From Candidatus Hecatella orcuttiae (GTDB lineage Archaea; Thermoproteota; Bathyarchaeia; Hecatellales; Hecatellaceae): a stretch of DNA of 64,000 bases. This document shows, one piece after another, positions 18,560 through 28,425 of this stretch. The notes below the pieces were generated by a model. That model did no database searches and was not told where the DNA came from. It saw only the letters and a list, made by a program, of their open reading frames with translations. The position numbers and the translations under genes are program-made. Each line of letters begins with the position of its first letter. Position 1 is the stretch's first letter. Where the stretch lies: contig MTLY02000002.1 of assembly GCA_002011035.2 (NCBI GenBank), positions 160,001-224,000 on the forward strand. Reading direction: 5' to 3'.

Positions 18560-19369
18560 ATGGGAGGAAATTTAAAGGAAGAACTGAGAAAAGAGGCTTT
18601 TAACCAAGAGTTCAGCTTCTTCGGTGTGCCGAAATTAGAGGAACTGGAGAAAGTGCCCTTCCCCCCTCACAGGGGGCTTTCGAAACCCTCCGAGGTTATG
18701 CCTGAAGTAAAGTCCGTCGCGGTACTCGGCTTCCATGCTTGGGATATAGCCATGAACACGGTGGTAGCTTCAGCCATACCACCGGATAAAATTCCCTTCG
18801 ACATCGTGGAGGGAGCCGTATATTACAACATGTACTACGAGATAGTGGAGGCCAGAGCGTGGAGGGTGTGCAAGTTTCTCTGGGACAGGGGATACAAGGC
18901 GATTCCCAGCCAGGGAATCCACCTCAAGGCCGCAGCCGCCCTGGCGGGTTTGGGCTTCATCGGTAAAATGACGCTGGTGCTAACCCCCCAATACGGGCCG
19001 CGGCAGCGCTGGGTGGGCATCCTCACGGACGCTGAGCTGGAGCCGGACGAGCCTTGGAGGTTCGTCCCCGGGGGAGAAGGCGACCTGTGCAAGGACTGCG
19101 AAATCTGCATAAAAACATGCCCGGTGCAGGCTATAATACCGGGGTATTCTCAGGGAGTCGAGCCGGGAAAGAAGGTGGACATGAACAGGTGCATCATCCC
19201 CCAAGAGCTGTTCGACAAACCTTCTCCCGAGGCCAAGGCTTACTTCAAGATACTGAGCCCTCGAGGCCTCTTCGAGTGCACCATATGCCACGACTCCTGC
19301 CCTGTGGGGAGGGAGAACAGCATGAAAAAGGCCGCTGAATGGAGGCCGACGCCCTTCACCGAAACCTAA
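18560..19369 (+). CDS. Epoxyqueuosine reductase (QueG)/reductive dehalogenase-like 4Fe-4S protein
   Basis: K.AA..AGLGFIGK.TLVLTP.YGPR.R..ILTD, CKDCEICIKTCP, C...ECTICHDSCP; start ATG 18560 (18515 is in frame). Confidence 0.8.
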   Translation: MGGNLKEELRKEAFNQEFSFFGVPKLEELEKVPFPPHRGLSKPSEVMPEVKSVAVLGFHAWDIAMNTVVASAIPPDKIPFDIVEGAVYYNMYYEIVEARAWRVCKFLWDRGYKAIPSQGIHLKAAAALAGLGFIGKMTLVLTPQYGPRQRWVGILTDAELEPDEPWRFVPGGEGDLCKDCEICIKTCPVQAIIPGYSQGVEPGKKVDMNRCIIPQELFDKPSPEAKAYFKILSPRGLFECTICHDSCPVGRENSMKKAAEWRPTPFTET

Positions 19370-19439
19370 GGAAGTCCCAGCGTTTTCAGAAATGAAACCT
19401 ACCTGAACTTCCGCGGAAAAGCGAGCATCTTCAGAAGGA

Positions 19440-19517
<78 letters not shown>

Positions 19518-19814
19518 CTTTACGAGTCTTGTAGAAGAGAACTCTAAATTAAGCTTTCATGAAACCCCGAAAAACAGTATGCAAAAGTAGGAGGATAGCA
19601 CACTAGGCATATTGAAGCGGTGCATCCTCTTCCTCAAAAAACCGCACTATATGCCACATTTGCTACAGCTTTTCAAGCTGCCCCAGCTGAGATTTTAAGC
19701 CGCCCCTTCCCCGGTGCAGCGTCAACGCTCTTTTAAGGCATGTTTCGCTGTGAAAACCGGGGGCTTTTGCCCCTTTTTGCCTTTTGCAGAGGTTTCCTGA
19801 AAATAGAGGGGAAG

Positions 19815-20354
19815 TTAGGGTTTTTGGATGTAGCCTATGATGTAGCCTATTCCACCCAGCAGGACGCCTAGCCCGCCTAGGATGATGAAGTATCCTATGG
19901 GTTCAACGTATCCGCCGATGAGTTGATGAACCTCCCCGGGGCTTAATCCCCCGCCGCCTACCGCCGTGGGCAGCAAAGCCGTTCCACCTATGTAGCCTGC
20001 CACCATGAGCAGCCATGTAGCTCCCGCGGCTCCCACGTTCATGAGGATGAAGTGCAACCAAGCTAGAACGTTCCTGAAACCTGAATAGGTCCTCCGCAGG
20101 TGAACTTCGAGATGCTGGTAGAAAAGGGCGGTTACAGCCACAGCGATGACTCCGACTATGATATAGGAAATGTAGCCGACGAAAAACCATGTTCCCGCGC
20201 TGCCTGAAGCTATCACCCTCGAGGGGCTGGGAGTCAGAAAAGGCAACACGATCAACATGGTAATGACAAAGGCGATGCCGCCTTGAATTATCGCCGCCCA
20301 AATAAACCTGTTCGCCCATTTGCTGGTTAATATCGTTTCCACCATAGTTTTCAC
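19815..20354 (-). CDS. Four-TM membrane protein, weakly like a heme-copper oxidase subunit I segment
   Basis: Hydrophobic helices; LAWLHFILMNVG motif. Confidence 0.55.
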   Translation of the reverse strand: MKTMVETILTSKWANRFIWAAIIQGGIAFVITMLIVLPFLTPSPSRVIASGSAGTWFFVGYISYIIVGVIAVAVTALFYQHLEVHLRRTYSGFRNVLAWLHFILMNVGAAGATWLLMVAGYIGGTALLPTAVGGGGLSPGEVHQLIGGYVEPIGYFIILGGLGVLLGGIGYIIGYIQKP

Positions 20355-20433
20355 CGTTTATCTATAAGGGAAAAGTTATATATAAATTTATCATTAATAT
20401 TATATTAATTATATTGAAATCTAAAAATAAATA

Positions 20434-21477
20434 TTATTTATACCAATCCAAGCTTCCAACCACAAACTTGATCAAACCCTGAAGAGAAGCCTTCGCCTCC
20501 TCACTCATCGCCGTTGCGCGAATCAACCTGACAGCCTCTCGAGCATAACTTCTCGCCGTCTGCTTAGCCTTGTCAAGGGCGCCGCTTCTTCGGATTATTT
20601 CTTTTATGCGCATCACATCCCCTTGGTCTAAACTCCCCCCTCGAAGTAAGCTCTTTAAAAGACTTAGCCGCCGGCCTCGGAGCATCTGGTAGGCGTAAAC
20701 CATGTGCAGCGGCTTCTTTCGAAGCATGATATCTCCTCCGGTAGGACGTCCATACTGGTCTTCCGTGGCGAAGGTGCCTATAATGTCGTCTTGGATGTCG
20801 AAGGAGTAGCCCATGCAGGTGCCCGCCTGCTCTAGGATTCGAAGGTCGGAGGACGGGGCGCCGCCTAGGATAGCACCTATGCCCAGAGTCGCTCTGAAAA
20901 GGGAAGCCGCCCTCTTTGAAGCCATGACCTTCCATTCCTCTACATCAGGCTCCTTGTGCTCAAAGAGGAGATCCAGTATCTGGCTTTCGTTCACCGCGCA
21001 GTAATCTTTGATGAGGAGTTTAACTGCTTCTTGGAGAGTCCTCCTATCGAAGCCTGCGTTGAGCAGGGTTGTCAAAGCTAAGGCTAGGAGGATGTTTCCG
21101 GTGAAAACAGCTAAACCCTCTCCAAACCTGTCATTGAACTCTGCAAAAAGCTTGTGGAAAGATTTTCCACCCCTCCTCATCTCATCGCGGTCGATAAGGT
21201 CGTCGTGGACGAGGATGGAATGTCTGTAAAACTCCACAGCCACGCAGACTGTGAGGATTTCCTCGTTCACCATACCCTTGTAGCCTTTGTAGGTCAAGAG
21301 GGTGCTGTAGGAGGCTATTCTTTTCCCCTTCCGGAGGAGAAACTCCGCTGCGTGGGCGTAGACCCTTCCTATGAAGGAATGGTATTTCTCAGCATCCCAA
21401 ACCAATTCCCTGAAACAGGCTTCCAGCCGGCTGTCTACGAGGTTCCCGTAGTTGGAAAGCGCCTCCTCAAACCTCAT
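20434..21477 (-). CDS. Polyprenyl synthetase (probable geranylgeranyl diphosphate synthase)
   Basis: LVHDDLIDRDEMRRG (FARM), SQILDL, FDIQDDIIG (SARM). Confidence 0.9.
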   Translation of the reverse strand: MRFEEALSNYGNLVDSRLEACFRELVWDAEKYHSFIGRVYAHAAEFLLRKGKRIASYSTLLTYKGYKGMVNEEILTVCVAVEFYRHSILVHDDLIDRDEMRRGGKSFHKLFAEFNDRFGEGLAVFTGNILLALALTTLLNAGFDRRTLQEAVKLLIKDYCAVNESQILDLLFEHKEPDVEEWKVMASKRAASLFRATLGIGAILGGAPSSDLRILEQAGTCMGYSFDIQDDIIGTFATEDQYGRPTGGDIMLRKKPLHMVYAYQMLRGRRLSLLKSLLRGGSLDQGDVMRIKEIIRRSGALDKAKQTARSYAREAVRLIRATAMSEEAKASLQGLIKFVVGSLDWYK

Positions 21478-21683
21478 ACTCTTCCACCATCCAAGCCCTT
21501 TTAGGGGTTGCTTTTCCCTTTACCTTTAAAGTTGATATATCTTCAACTCTTAGGGTTTCAAAAATTGATAGGGGGCTGAAAACTGAAGGCAATGGTTCAG
21601 GTCAACCGGGTTATTAGGTTCATTCTTCCCCTATAATTTTTATCTATCAGGTCGGTAACAGTATTTAACAGGAGACCCCTCCT

Positions 21684-22904
21684 TTGAGCGGAAAATCTTT
21701 TGTGGAGAAAGAGCTCTCCGCCCCCTCCGTCTTCAAGGATGAAAGTAAACTCTCCCCCGACTACGTTCCCCCAAGCCTTCTCCATAGGGAGGAGGAGCTC
21801 AGAATTTTGGCGAGGACTTTCCGCTCACTGGCAGAAGCTCCGGGAGAAGCCTCCTACCGCCTAATCCTCCGCGGCCCAATTGGCAGCGGTAAAACCGCCT
21901 TAGCTAAACGTTTTGGAAGCGACTTCGAAGCCTATGTTAGGAAGAAGAAAATTAACTTCAAATACGTCCATGTGAACTGCAGGGAAGAGGGCAGCTTCTA
22001 CGGCGTCCTGAAAAACATCATCCGGAGAAATTTTGAAAGAGGCTTTCCAAGCCGAGGCTATTCTTCCCAAGAACTCCTCAGTATCTTCATTGAAATTTTG
22101 GACAAAAACAACCTCCACGTTCTCTTAGCCTTAGACGAGCTGGAAGCCCTCATCAGGAAGGAGGGGGGAGACCCCCTTTTCAGCCTAACCCGCCTCTATG
22201 AAGGCAGGCCTCCCGGCTCCCCCCAGAGGCTTTCCCTCATCTGCATTTTCCGGGAGCCAGAATGCGAAGAAGCCTTCAAACTGTTGGACGCCAGCACCCT
22301 CAGCACGCTGGGCCACAACACCGTGAAACTGGAGGGGTATACCTCCGGCCAGTTGAAGGAGATCCTAGAATACCGAGTCCACGAAGCCTTTCAAGAAAAC
22401 GCTGTAGAGCCGGAAGCCTTGGAGTTGGCTGCGGACCTAGCGGGAGAAACAGGGGACGCCCGGTTTGCCATTGAACTTCTCTGGCTGGGCGGTAAATTTG
22501 CCGATACAGCCAGATCTCCCAGACTGCTTCCCGAACACATCAGGGCGGCCCAAATGAACATTCATCCCTCCCTTCGAAGGGAGGACCTCAAACTGCTGAG
22601 CCTCCATGAAAAACTGCTTTTGCTGGCTGTGGCAAGAGCCCTCAGACTCAGCCAAACAGCCTACTTGCCCATAGGCGATGTGGAAAAAGAATACAGTGCA
22701 GTGTGCGAGGAATACAGAGAAAAGCCTCGGGCTCACACTCAGACTTGGAAATACGTGAAGACCCTGGGCATGTCAGGGATGATGTCCACCAAAATTTCCG
22801 GAAAAGGCCAGCGGGGGAAAACAACTCTCCTCGGCCTCTACGTTTCCTCAGAAAGACTGGAAGAGGAACTTCGCAGAATGCTGGAGTCCAAGAAACATGG
22901 GTGA
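21684..22904 (+). CDS. cdc6: Orc1/Cdc6 replication initiator
   Basis: LSPDYVP..L.HRE, GPIGSGKT, YVHVNC, LALDE, GDARFAI, C-terminal wH GQRGKT. Confidence 0.93.
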   Translation: MSGKSFVEKELSAPSVFKDESKLSPDYVPPSLLHREEELRILARTFRSLAEAPGEASYRLILRGPIGSGKTALAKRFGSDFEAYVRKKKINFKYVHVNCREEGSFYGVLKNIIRRNFERGFPSRGYSSQELLSIFIEILDKNNLHVLLALDELEALIRKEGGDPLFSLTRLYEGRPPGSPQRLSLICIFREPECEEAFKLLDASTLSTLGHNTVKLEGYTSGQLKEILEYRVHEAFQENAVEPEALELAADLAGETGDARFAIELLWLGGKFADTARSPRLLPEHIRAAQMNIHPSLRREDLKLLSLHEKLLLLAVARALRLSQTAYLPIGDVEKEYSAVCEEYREKPRAHTQTWKYVKTLGMSGMMSTKISGKGQRGKTTLLGLYVSSERLEEELRRMLESKKHG

Positions 22905-22910
22905 ATTTTT

Positions 22911-23186
22911 CTGCTGGAAAACATCTTAGCTTCCAAGGGAAGACTGAAGATACTGAGGCTACTCCTCCAGTTTAAGGAGATGAACATATCGGAGATCGCC
23001 AGAAGAACAGGGCTCTCCTACACCTCAACCAGACGCCACCTACAAATGTTAGAGCAGTCAAGGCTTGTTGAGGAAAAAAACTATGGGCGGATAAGAATTT
23101 TCAGCGTGAGAGAAGGAGACGAGAAATGCCAAGCGGTGGCAAGACTTTTCGAAGCCTGGCCTCCTGACAAGCCTAGGAGAAAATGA
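22911..23186 (+). CDS. Winged HTH (ArsR-like) protein downstream of cdc6
   Basis: Frame is open from 22905: LLENILASKGRLKILRLL..EMNISEIARRTGLSY..T.RHL..LE. First ATG is at 22980; start placed at CTG 22911 after GGTGA. Confidence 0.75.
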   Translation: MLENILASKGRLKILRLLLQFKEMNISEIARRTGLSYTSTRRHLQMLEQSRLVEEKNYGRIRIFSVREGDEKCQAVARLFEAWPPDKPRRK

Positions 23187-23189
23187 AGC

Positions 23190-24014
23190 CTAACTTCCAA
23201 ATCTTCTCTGACGGTTCTGATAGACGCTTATAGCCCTGTAAAGGTCGAGTTTTCTGAAATTAGGCCAGTAGACGTCGAGGAAGCAAAGCTCACTGTAGGC
23301 GCCTTGCCAAAGGAGAAAATTGCTCAACCTTTCCTCTCCCGAGGTGCGGATGATGAGGTCCGGATGGGGGTTGGGGAGAAAATGGGTGTAGAGGTTTTTT
23401 TCAAAAATCTCCTCAGTAAGGTCGCTGGGAGAGAGAACACCCTCCTTCACATCGAGGGCTATCCTTTTCACAGCGTCAAGGATTTCCATTCTTCCACCGT
23501 AGGCTATGGCTAGGTTGAGATAGTATCTATCATAGTCTTCAGTCGCCTTTTCAAGCCTTCCAATGCTCTCTTGAATTTTCGGCGGAAGCATCTCTCTTCT
23601 CCCAAGAACCTTCACCCTAACCTCGTTTTCATGTATACGATCATCTCGGGCGAGACGATTCAGATAGTCGTTTATCAAGCCCATAAGCTCCTCCACCTCC
23701 TGCCTAGGCCGACGGAAGTTTTCTGTGGAAAAAATGAAGAGGGTTGTAGTTTTGATCTTGCCGGTTTCCCAGCACCACTCCACGAAGTTTTCAGCCTTCT
23801 TCGCTCCTTCTAGGTGGCCGTTGAGAGGCCACATCCTCCTGCTTTGAGCCCATCTCCTGTTACCGTCTAGGATCACAGCCACATGCTCAGGGAACTTTCC
23901 GTTTTTTAGTTTATTCCACAAAAACCATTCGTAGATCTCCACGGTGAAACGGTTTGTTACTACTCCCCAAAACAATTTTTGAAAGACGTAGATTATTTTT
24001 TCTTTCAGAGACAT
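23190..24014 (-). CDS. uppS: cis-polyprenyl (undecaprenyl-type) diphosphate synthase
   Basis: PEHVAVILDGNRRWA, FSTENFRRP, AIAYGGR, DLIIRTSGEERLSNFLLWQ. Confidence 0.95.
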   Translation of the reverse strand: MSLKEKIIYVFQKLFWGVVTNRFTVEIYEWFLWNKLKNGKFPEHVAVILDGNRRWAQSRRMWPLNGHLEGAKKAENFVEWCWETGKIKTTTLFIFSTENFRRPRQEVEELMGLINDYLNRLARDDRIHENEVRVKVLGRREMLPPKIQESIGRLEKATEDYDRYYLNLAIAYGGRMEILDAVKRIALDVKEGVLSPSDLTEEIFEKNLYTHFLPNPHPDLIIRTSGEERLSNFLLWQGAYSELCFLDVYWPNFRKLDLYRAISVYQNRQRRFGS

Positions 24015-24135
24015 AGCCAGCGCCCTTGAAAAGAAAGACCTAGAATTAAAAGATAGGTCGATCCTTTAATTCTTTTACTCTCTTTTTGGAAGTTCTCATC
24101 CCCGAAACTAACCATTTGGGAAGAGCTGAGTTAGC

Positions 24136-25014
24136 CTAGGGAGAAGCGTCCTTCTGGTTCAGATTTCCTTTCGACAAGAGAATTTGGAACTCTTCGAAGG
24201 TGATTTTTTCTCCTCGCTTCAGCTTTTCCTCTGCCAGCCGCCCTTTATCCTCCCTTGCTTCTAAAGCCTTTTTCAGCCTCTGAGCTGAATAGTTCTCGTT
24301 AAGCCGCCTCAGATTGTTTTCCAACTCTTTCCTCTTAGCCAAGACTTCAAGAAGCCTACCGTGGAGTTCGTCTGCTTTCCCTTTGGCTTCTAAGAATTTC
24401 TGCTGCGCCTCCGACGCCTTCTCCACGAGTTCATCGACAGCCTTGAGGGCTTTCATCATTTTCTCATGGTGAACTTGGCTTTCTCTTGCTTTTTCGACGA
24501 GTTCAGTTCTAATCCGTTTACCTTCACATTTCAGGTCTTCGGCTTTCCTCAATATTTCTTTAAGCCTTTTGACCTTTTCTCCCCTTCGATTATGGACGGC
24601 GATCTGAGCTTCTAGCTCCCTGATTTTCTCCACCAGCATCTTTTCTTCTTCATGGCTGAAGGGAGTTGTTTGAATTTTCCATTCCAAATCCTCGAAAACT
24701 TTTCTGGCCTTCCTCTCCGAAGTGGGAACCGTTAACCTAAGCTTCTCAGCTTCTTGTTTGATTTCTGCATAAAGCTTCCACTCTTTCGCAGCTTCAGCCC
24801 TCAAGCCTTCAAGTTTCTGCTTCAGCTCTTTTACCAACCTGTTAACTTCATCCCTGCAGCCTCTATGACTTTGGGCTTCCCGCCTTAACTCTCCTATCTG
24901 CCGCAGAAGCTCTCTCTTCTTCTCCAGCCAACGTTTAGCCTTTTGGTTGAGAGAATCTCTTTCCTCCCGCAGAGAGTTTATCTCTGAAGTGAGTGTGCTG
25001 ATTTCTTCAACCAA
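24136..25014 (-). CDS. Archaeal coiled-coil protein (COG1340-like)
   Basis: Heptad-rich; LEWKIQTTP.S.EEE, EKLKRGEKITFEE. Confidence 0.8.
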   Translation of the reverse strand: MVEEISTLTSEINSLREERDSLNQKAKRWLEKKRELLRQIGELRREAQSHRGCRDEVNRLVKELKQKLEGLRAEAAKEWKLYAEIKQEAEKLRLTVPTSERKARKVFEDLEWKIQTTPFSHEEEKMLVEKIRELEAQIAVHNRRGEKVKRLKEILRKAEDLKCEGKRIRTELVEKARESQVHHEKMMKALKAVDELVEKASEAQQKFLEAKGKADELHGRLLEVLAKRKELENNLRRLNENYSAQRLKKALEAREDKGRLAEEKLKRGEKITFEEFQILLSKGNLNQKDASP

Positions 25015-25114
25015 ACTTTCAGTATCCGAAGCTGAGGCCTCCGTTAGGCTGTTTAACCACCGACGCCTTCCAGCCTTAAAACCCTATGTCCAAATTTTTC
25101 TGATAAAGGTTTCT

Positions 25115-25870
25115 TTATTCTTTTTCACCGCGGGTTAGGGTTCTTTCTATCGCCGCGACTAGGTTGACGAAATTGGTGAAGTATCGAGCTGAGGAGGCTA
25201 TCATGGAAAAGTCAAATCGAAGACGGGAGATGGCGGCTAGAAGGTCTCGGGCCAGAAGAGGAACGCTGCCGCCGGCCTGCGATAAAAGAGTGGCCTCCAG
25301 CATACCTGGAACTGTTGACCACTGGAGAATGGTCTTGATTGTCTGCTCGGAGAGGAGGTCCATCTTGGTGAGGACGTTTACTTGGGGAAGTGTGAACCTC
25401 AGATGCACGGCGACGGAGAGGAAGAGGTTTGAAACATAGTTGAAGGGGTCTGAGCAGAAGGGAGCGTCGAACAGGTACAGTACCATTTTCTGGTCGAGGC
25501 TTAGTTCCCTCGCCAAGTAGGGGCCGCTGACCCTGAAGGCGAACAGCTCCATCTGGCCGGGGGTGTCGATGATGGCGTATTCAGGGTTTAAGGCTGCTAT
25601 TTCCTCACTTAGCCTAGGAGCCTGATCCGCCAAGAGGTCTGCGGCCATTATCAGAGCTCCGTTGGGTCCGAGGCCGTATTTCTCCATAAGCTCCTGGAGG
25701 GATATGTACTTTCTAACATCCACTTGAGGGAAATAAGGCAGTCGGAGGGCTCCGGGATCTAGGTTGACGATGACCACTGATTTACTTTCTCTGCCAAGCC
25801 ACTCTGCCAGGGAGGAGGCGAGAAGGGACTTACCGCACCCCGCAGTGCCTAAGATGAAAATCCCATACAC
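25115..25870 (-). CDS. GPN-loop GTPase
   Basis: GTAGCGKS, NLDPG, LGPNGAL, DTPGQMELF; start GTG 25870 after GGAGGG. Confidence 0.92.
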   Translation of the reverse strand: MYGIFILGTAGCGKSLLASSLAEWLGRESKSVVIVNLDPGALRLPYFPQVDVRKYISLQELMEKYGLGPNGALIMAADLLADQAPRLSEEIAALNPEYAIIDTPGQMELFAFRVSGPYLARELSLDQKMVLYLFDAPFCSDPFNYVSNLFLSVAVHLRFTLPQVNVLTKMDLLSEQTIKTILQWSTVPGMLEATLLSQAGGSVPLLARDLLAAISRLRFDFSMIASSARYFTNFVNLVAAIERTLTRGEKE

Positions 25871-25982
25871 ATCCACTACCCTCCACTTGTGAAGGCTGAG
25901 GAAACACGGCACAGGAAAGCTGCTGAGACTTCGAAAGGGCAGCCATGAAAACTACATTTCAGAGGAGACCATTCGTATCTCC

Positions 25983-26798
25983 TCAGCCTTCACTACGCTG
26001 GATCTCGCCGCCTGATTTTTTAACCAACTCCGTAACCATCTCTTCAGCCTTGCGAATACGCTCCAAGGCTTCGCCGCCGGTTTTGGCGGAAGTTGAGAAG
26101 TGAAGTTCAATGTGGTAATGCCCCTCCTCCCCATAGGGATGAGATTTAATGTAAACTTGCGGGTAAACTCGCATGACTTCGTCTATGATGGGGGAAAGCT
26201 CAGGCTCCAGCACTTTCTTAACTATGAGGCTTTCCTCCCTAAACTGGACTTGAGCTTTTTCTGTGATCAATCCAGCTACAGCCTCGTCGAAGATGGCCTT
26301 CATTTCGCTGGGCACACCCGGCAGGCAGAGAATGAGAGTGTTTTCCTCCCTGAGCATCACGCCGGGAGCCGTGCCTACGGGGTTGGACAGAGGCTCTGCT
26401 CCTTGAGGCAGCCGTGCCATCTTCTCTCTTTCTGATGTCAACTCCCTTTGGAGGGTTAGGCCTTTTTCCAGCAGTTCACGATGCTTTTCTCTGACCATTT
26501 CCAAGGCTTGGGAATTCACCTTCAAAGGCCGGGACAGAGCCTCAGCTACGCCTTGGAGGGTTTTGTCGTCGTGGGTAGGCCCTAAGCCGCCTACCATCAT
26601 CAGCAGCCACGGCTTTCTTCGCAAAGCCTCTCTGATGGAGGAGGCTATTTCTTCCACGTCGTCGGGGACGGTGGTTATCCTACGGAGGCTTCCGCCTAGG
26701 GCGGTTACCCGCTTGGCAATCCAGTGAGCGTTGGTGTTTAGAGTCTTTCCGATGAGTAATTCATTACCTACGGTGATCAGCTCAACAGCAGCCTGCAC
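25983..26798 (-). CDS. CinA-like molybdopterin-binding domain protein
   Basis: ITVGNELLIGKTLNTNA, GGLGPTHDD.T, NPVGTAPG, LPGVPSEM, YIKSHP. Confidence 0.88.
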   Translation of the reverse strand: MQAAVELITVGNELLIGKTLNTNAHWIAKRVTALGGSLRRITTVPDDVEEIASSIREALRRKPWLLMMVGGLGPTHDDKTLQGVAEALSRPLKVNSQALEMVREKHRELLEKGLTLQRELTSEREKMARLPQGAEPLSNPVGTAPGVMLREENTLILCLPGVPSEMKAIFDEAVAGLITEKAQVQFREESLIVKKVLEPELSPIIDEVMRVYPQVYIKSHPYGEEGHYHIELHFSTSAKTGGEALERIRKAEEMVTELVKKSGGEIQRSEG

Positions 26799-26849
26799 TT
26801 AAACCGCCTCATTCCGTTTTTCCAGTGGAGGATGGCCCTCTATCCGAGG

Positions 26850-27053
26850 TCATTTTTCCTTCTTAGAAAGCCACCATTTTAAGTATTCTCGGCGTTCCTG
26901 CCTTTTTTCCTCTTCTTCTCGAGGAGGTATGTTCCTCCTTTTAGCTTCTAGGATTTCGTGGTACTTCAATGTTAGCCCGCAGCTTCGACAGGAGTAGAGT
27001 TTCATGTTGAGGTCGTAGGCCATTTCTCCTCCACATTCAGGGCAATACTCCAT
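26850..27053 (-). CDS. Small Zn-ribbon protein
   Basis: CPECGG...CRSCG; C-terminal YLKWWLS. Confidence 0.75.
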   Translation of the reverse strand: MEYCPECGGEMAYDLNMKLYSCRSCGLTLKYHEILEAKRRNIPPREEEEKRQERREYLKWWLSKKEK

Positions 27054-27193
27054 ATTCGCTCACTCAACCAATATTCAAACTCCGTTATTAGGGTTTAAGA
27101 CCCCCGGCGGCATGCCGTGCTGTTTAAGGGTCGGAACCCCTATTTATTATATGAAAAGAAAACCTAGCCGCCGAAGAGGGAGAAAGGCTGCCG

Positions 27194-28231
27194 GTGGAAG
27201 CAAGGCTTTACCAGAAAATTCGGGAAGACGGCCTTGTAAAGTGCATCGTCTGCGGTCGAAGATGCTACATTGCAGATGGGAAAAGGGGCTTCTGCAGGGT
27301 CAGGGAAAATCGGGGGGGAACCCTCTACGTCCTCAACTACGCCAAACTCACTGCCATGAACGTGGACCCCATTGAGAAAAAGCCCCTCTTCAACTTTTGG
27401 CCGGGAAGTCTCTCCTTTTCCATCTCCTCCATCTCCTGCTCCCTCACCTGCGAATGGTGTCAGAATTATTCTCTCTCGCAGGTGGAGCCCGGGGAGATAC
27501 CTGTTCGGGAGGTCTCTCCGGAAGAGGTGGTGGAGATGGCTAAGAGATATGGCTGCAAAACCATAGCTTACACCTACAATGAACCTATCATCTGGTTGGA
27601 GTACGTCGTGGACACGGCTAAGGCGGCTAGGAAACAGAATATACTGAATGTTCTAGTGACAAACGGCTACGCCACCGAAGAGTCCATTCGAGAGTTCTCC
27701 CCCTATATCGACGCAGCCAACGTGGACATCAAAGCCTTCCATCCTGAATTCTACAGCAAACACTGCCAAGGGAGGCTGGAAGACGTCCTCAACAGCGTCA
27801 AGCTGATGGTGAAGGAGGGCTGGCATGTAGAAACCACCTACCTCCTTATCCCCGGGTTAAACGACCGCGTGGATGAAATTAGAAAAATGAGCCGGTGGGT
27901 GGTGGAGGAATTGGGCGCTGATACCCCTCTTCATTTCAGCCAATTTTATCCCATGTACAAGATGACTCACCTGCCGCCTACCCCCGTGGGCACCCTCGTC
28001 AAGGCTAGAGAAATCGCCTTGAAGGAAGGCCTCCACTACGTTTACGTAGGCAATGTCCCCGGTCATGAGGGGGAAAACACCTACTGCCCCGGCTGCGGCT
28101 CAGTCCTAGTTCAACGGTGGGGATTCGACGTGCAGAAATGGAGACTCACGGAAAAGATGACATGTTCCTACTGCGGTACCAGAATAGCCATAAAAGGAAA
28201 ATTTGAACCCAGAAAGAAAAGGTTCCTCTAG
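27194..28231 (+). CDS. amrS: AmmeMemoRadiSam system radical SAM enzyme
   Basis: C..C.R.C.I..G.RGFC.VR.N, DPIEKKPL, CSLTCEWCQN, AYTYNEP, YVY.GNV....NT.CP.C. Confidence 0.88.
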   Translation: MEARLYQKIREDGLVKCIVCGRRCYIADGKRGFCRVRENRGGTLYVLNYAKLTAMNVDPIEKKPLFNFWPGSLSFSISSISCSLTCEWCQNYSLSQVEPGEIPVREVSPEEVVEMAKRYGCKTIAYTYNEPIIWLEYVVDTAKAARKQNILNVLVTNGYATEESIREFSPYIDAANVDIKAFHPEFYSKHCQGRLEDVLNSVKLMVKEGWHVETTYLLIPGLNDRVDEIRKMSRWVVEELGADTPLHFSQFYPMYKMTHLPPTPVGTLVKAREIALKEGLHYVYVGNVPGHEGENTYCPGCGSVLVQRWGFDVQKWRLTEKMTCSYCGTRIAIKGKFEPRKKRFL

Positions 28232-28425
28232 ACCACGCACGCGGCGACAATATTCGCAGCGTCTGTGGAGGTCTAGGGGGCTATAAAACCGCTTTACATG
28301 CTTCGCTCAATTGCCAAGAAACCGCCGGGGGAGAGACATTTTGCCGCTGGACTTAAACCGAAGTATATAATTCTTTGATGATTAAACAGAGATGTATCCG
28401 CCGCGAAGCTGGAGTGGAATGCCTA

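Noticed and set aside
26818-26832. ORB-like TTCCAGTGGAG
   Set aside because: A single copy in a 50-bp spacer with no G-string or AT-rich unwinding element, far from cdc6.
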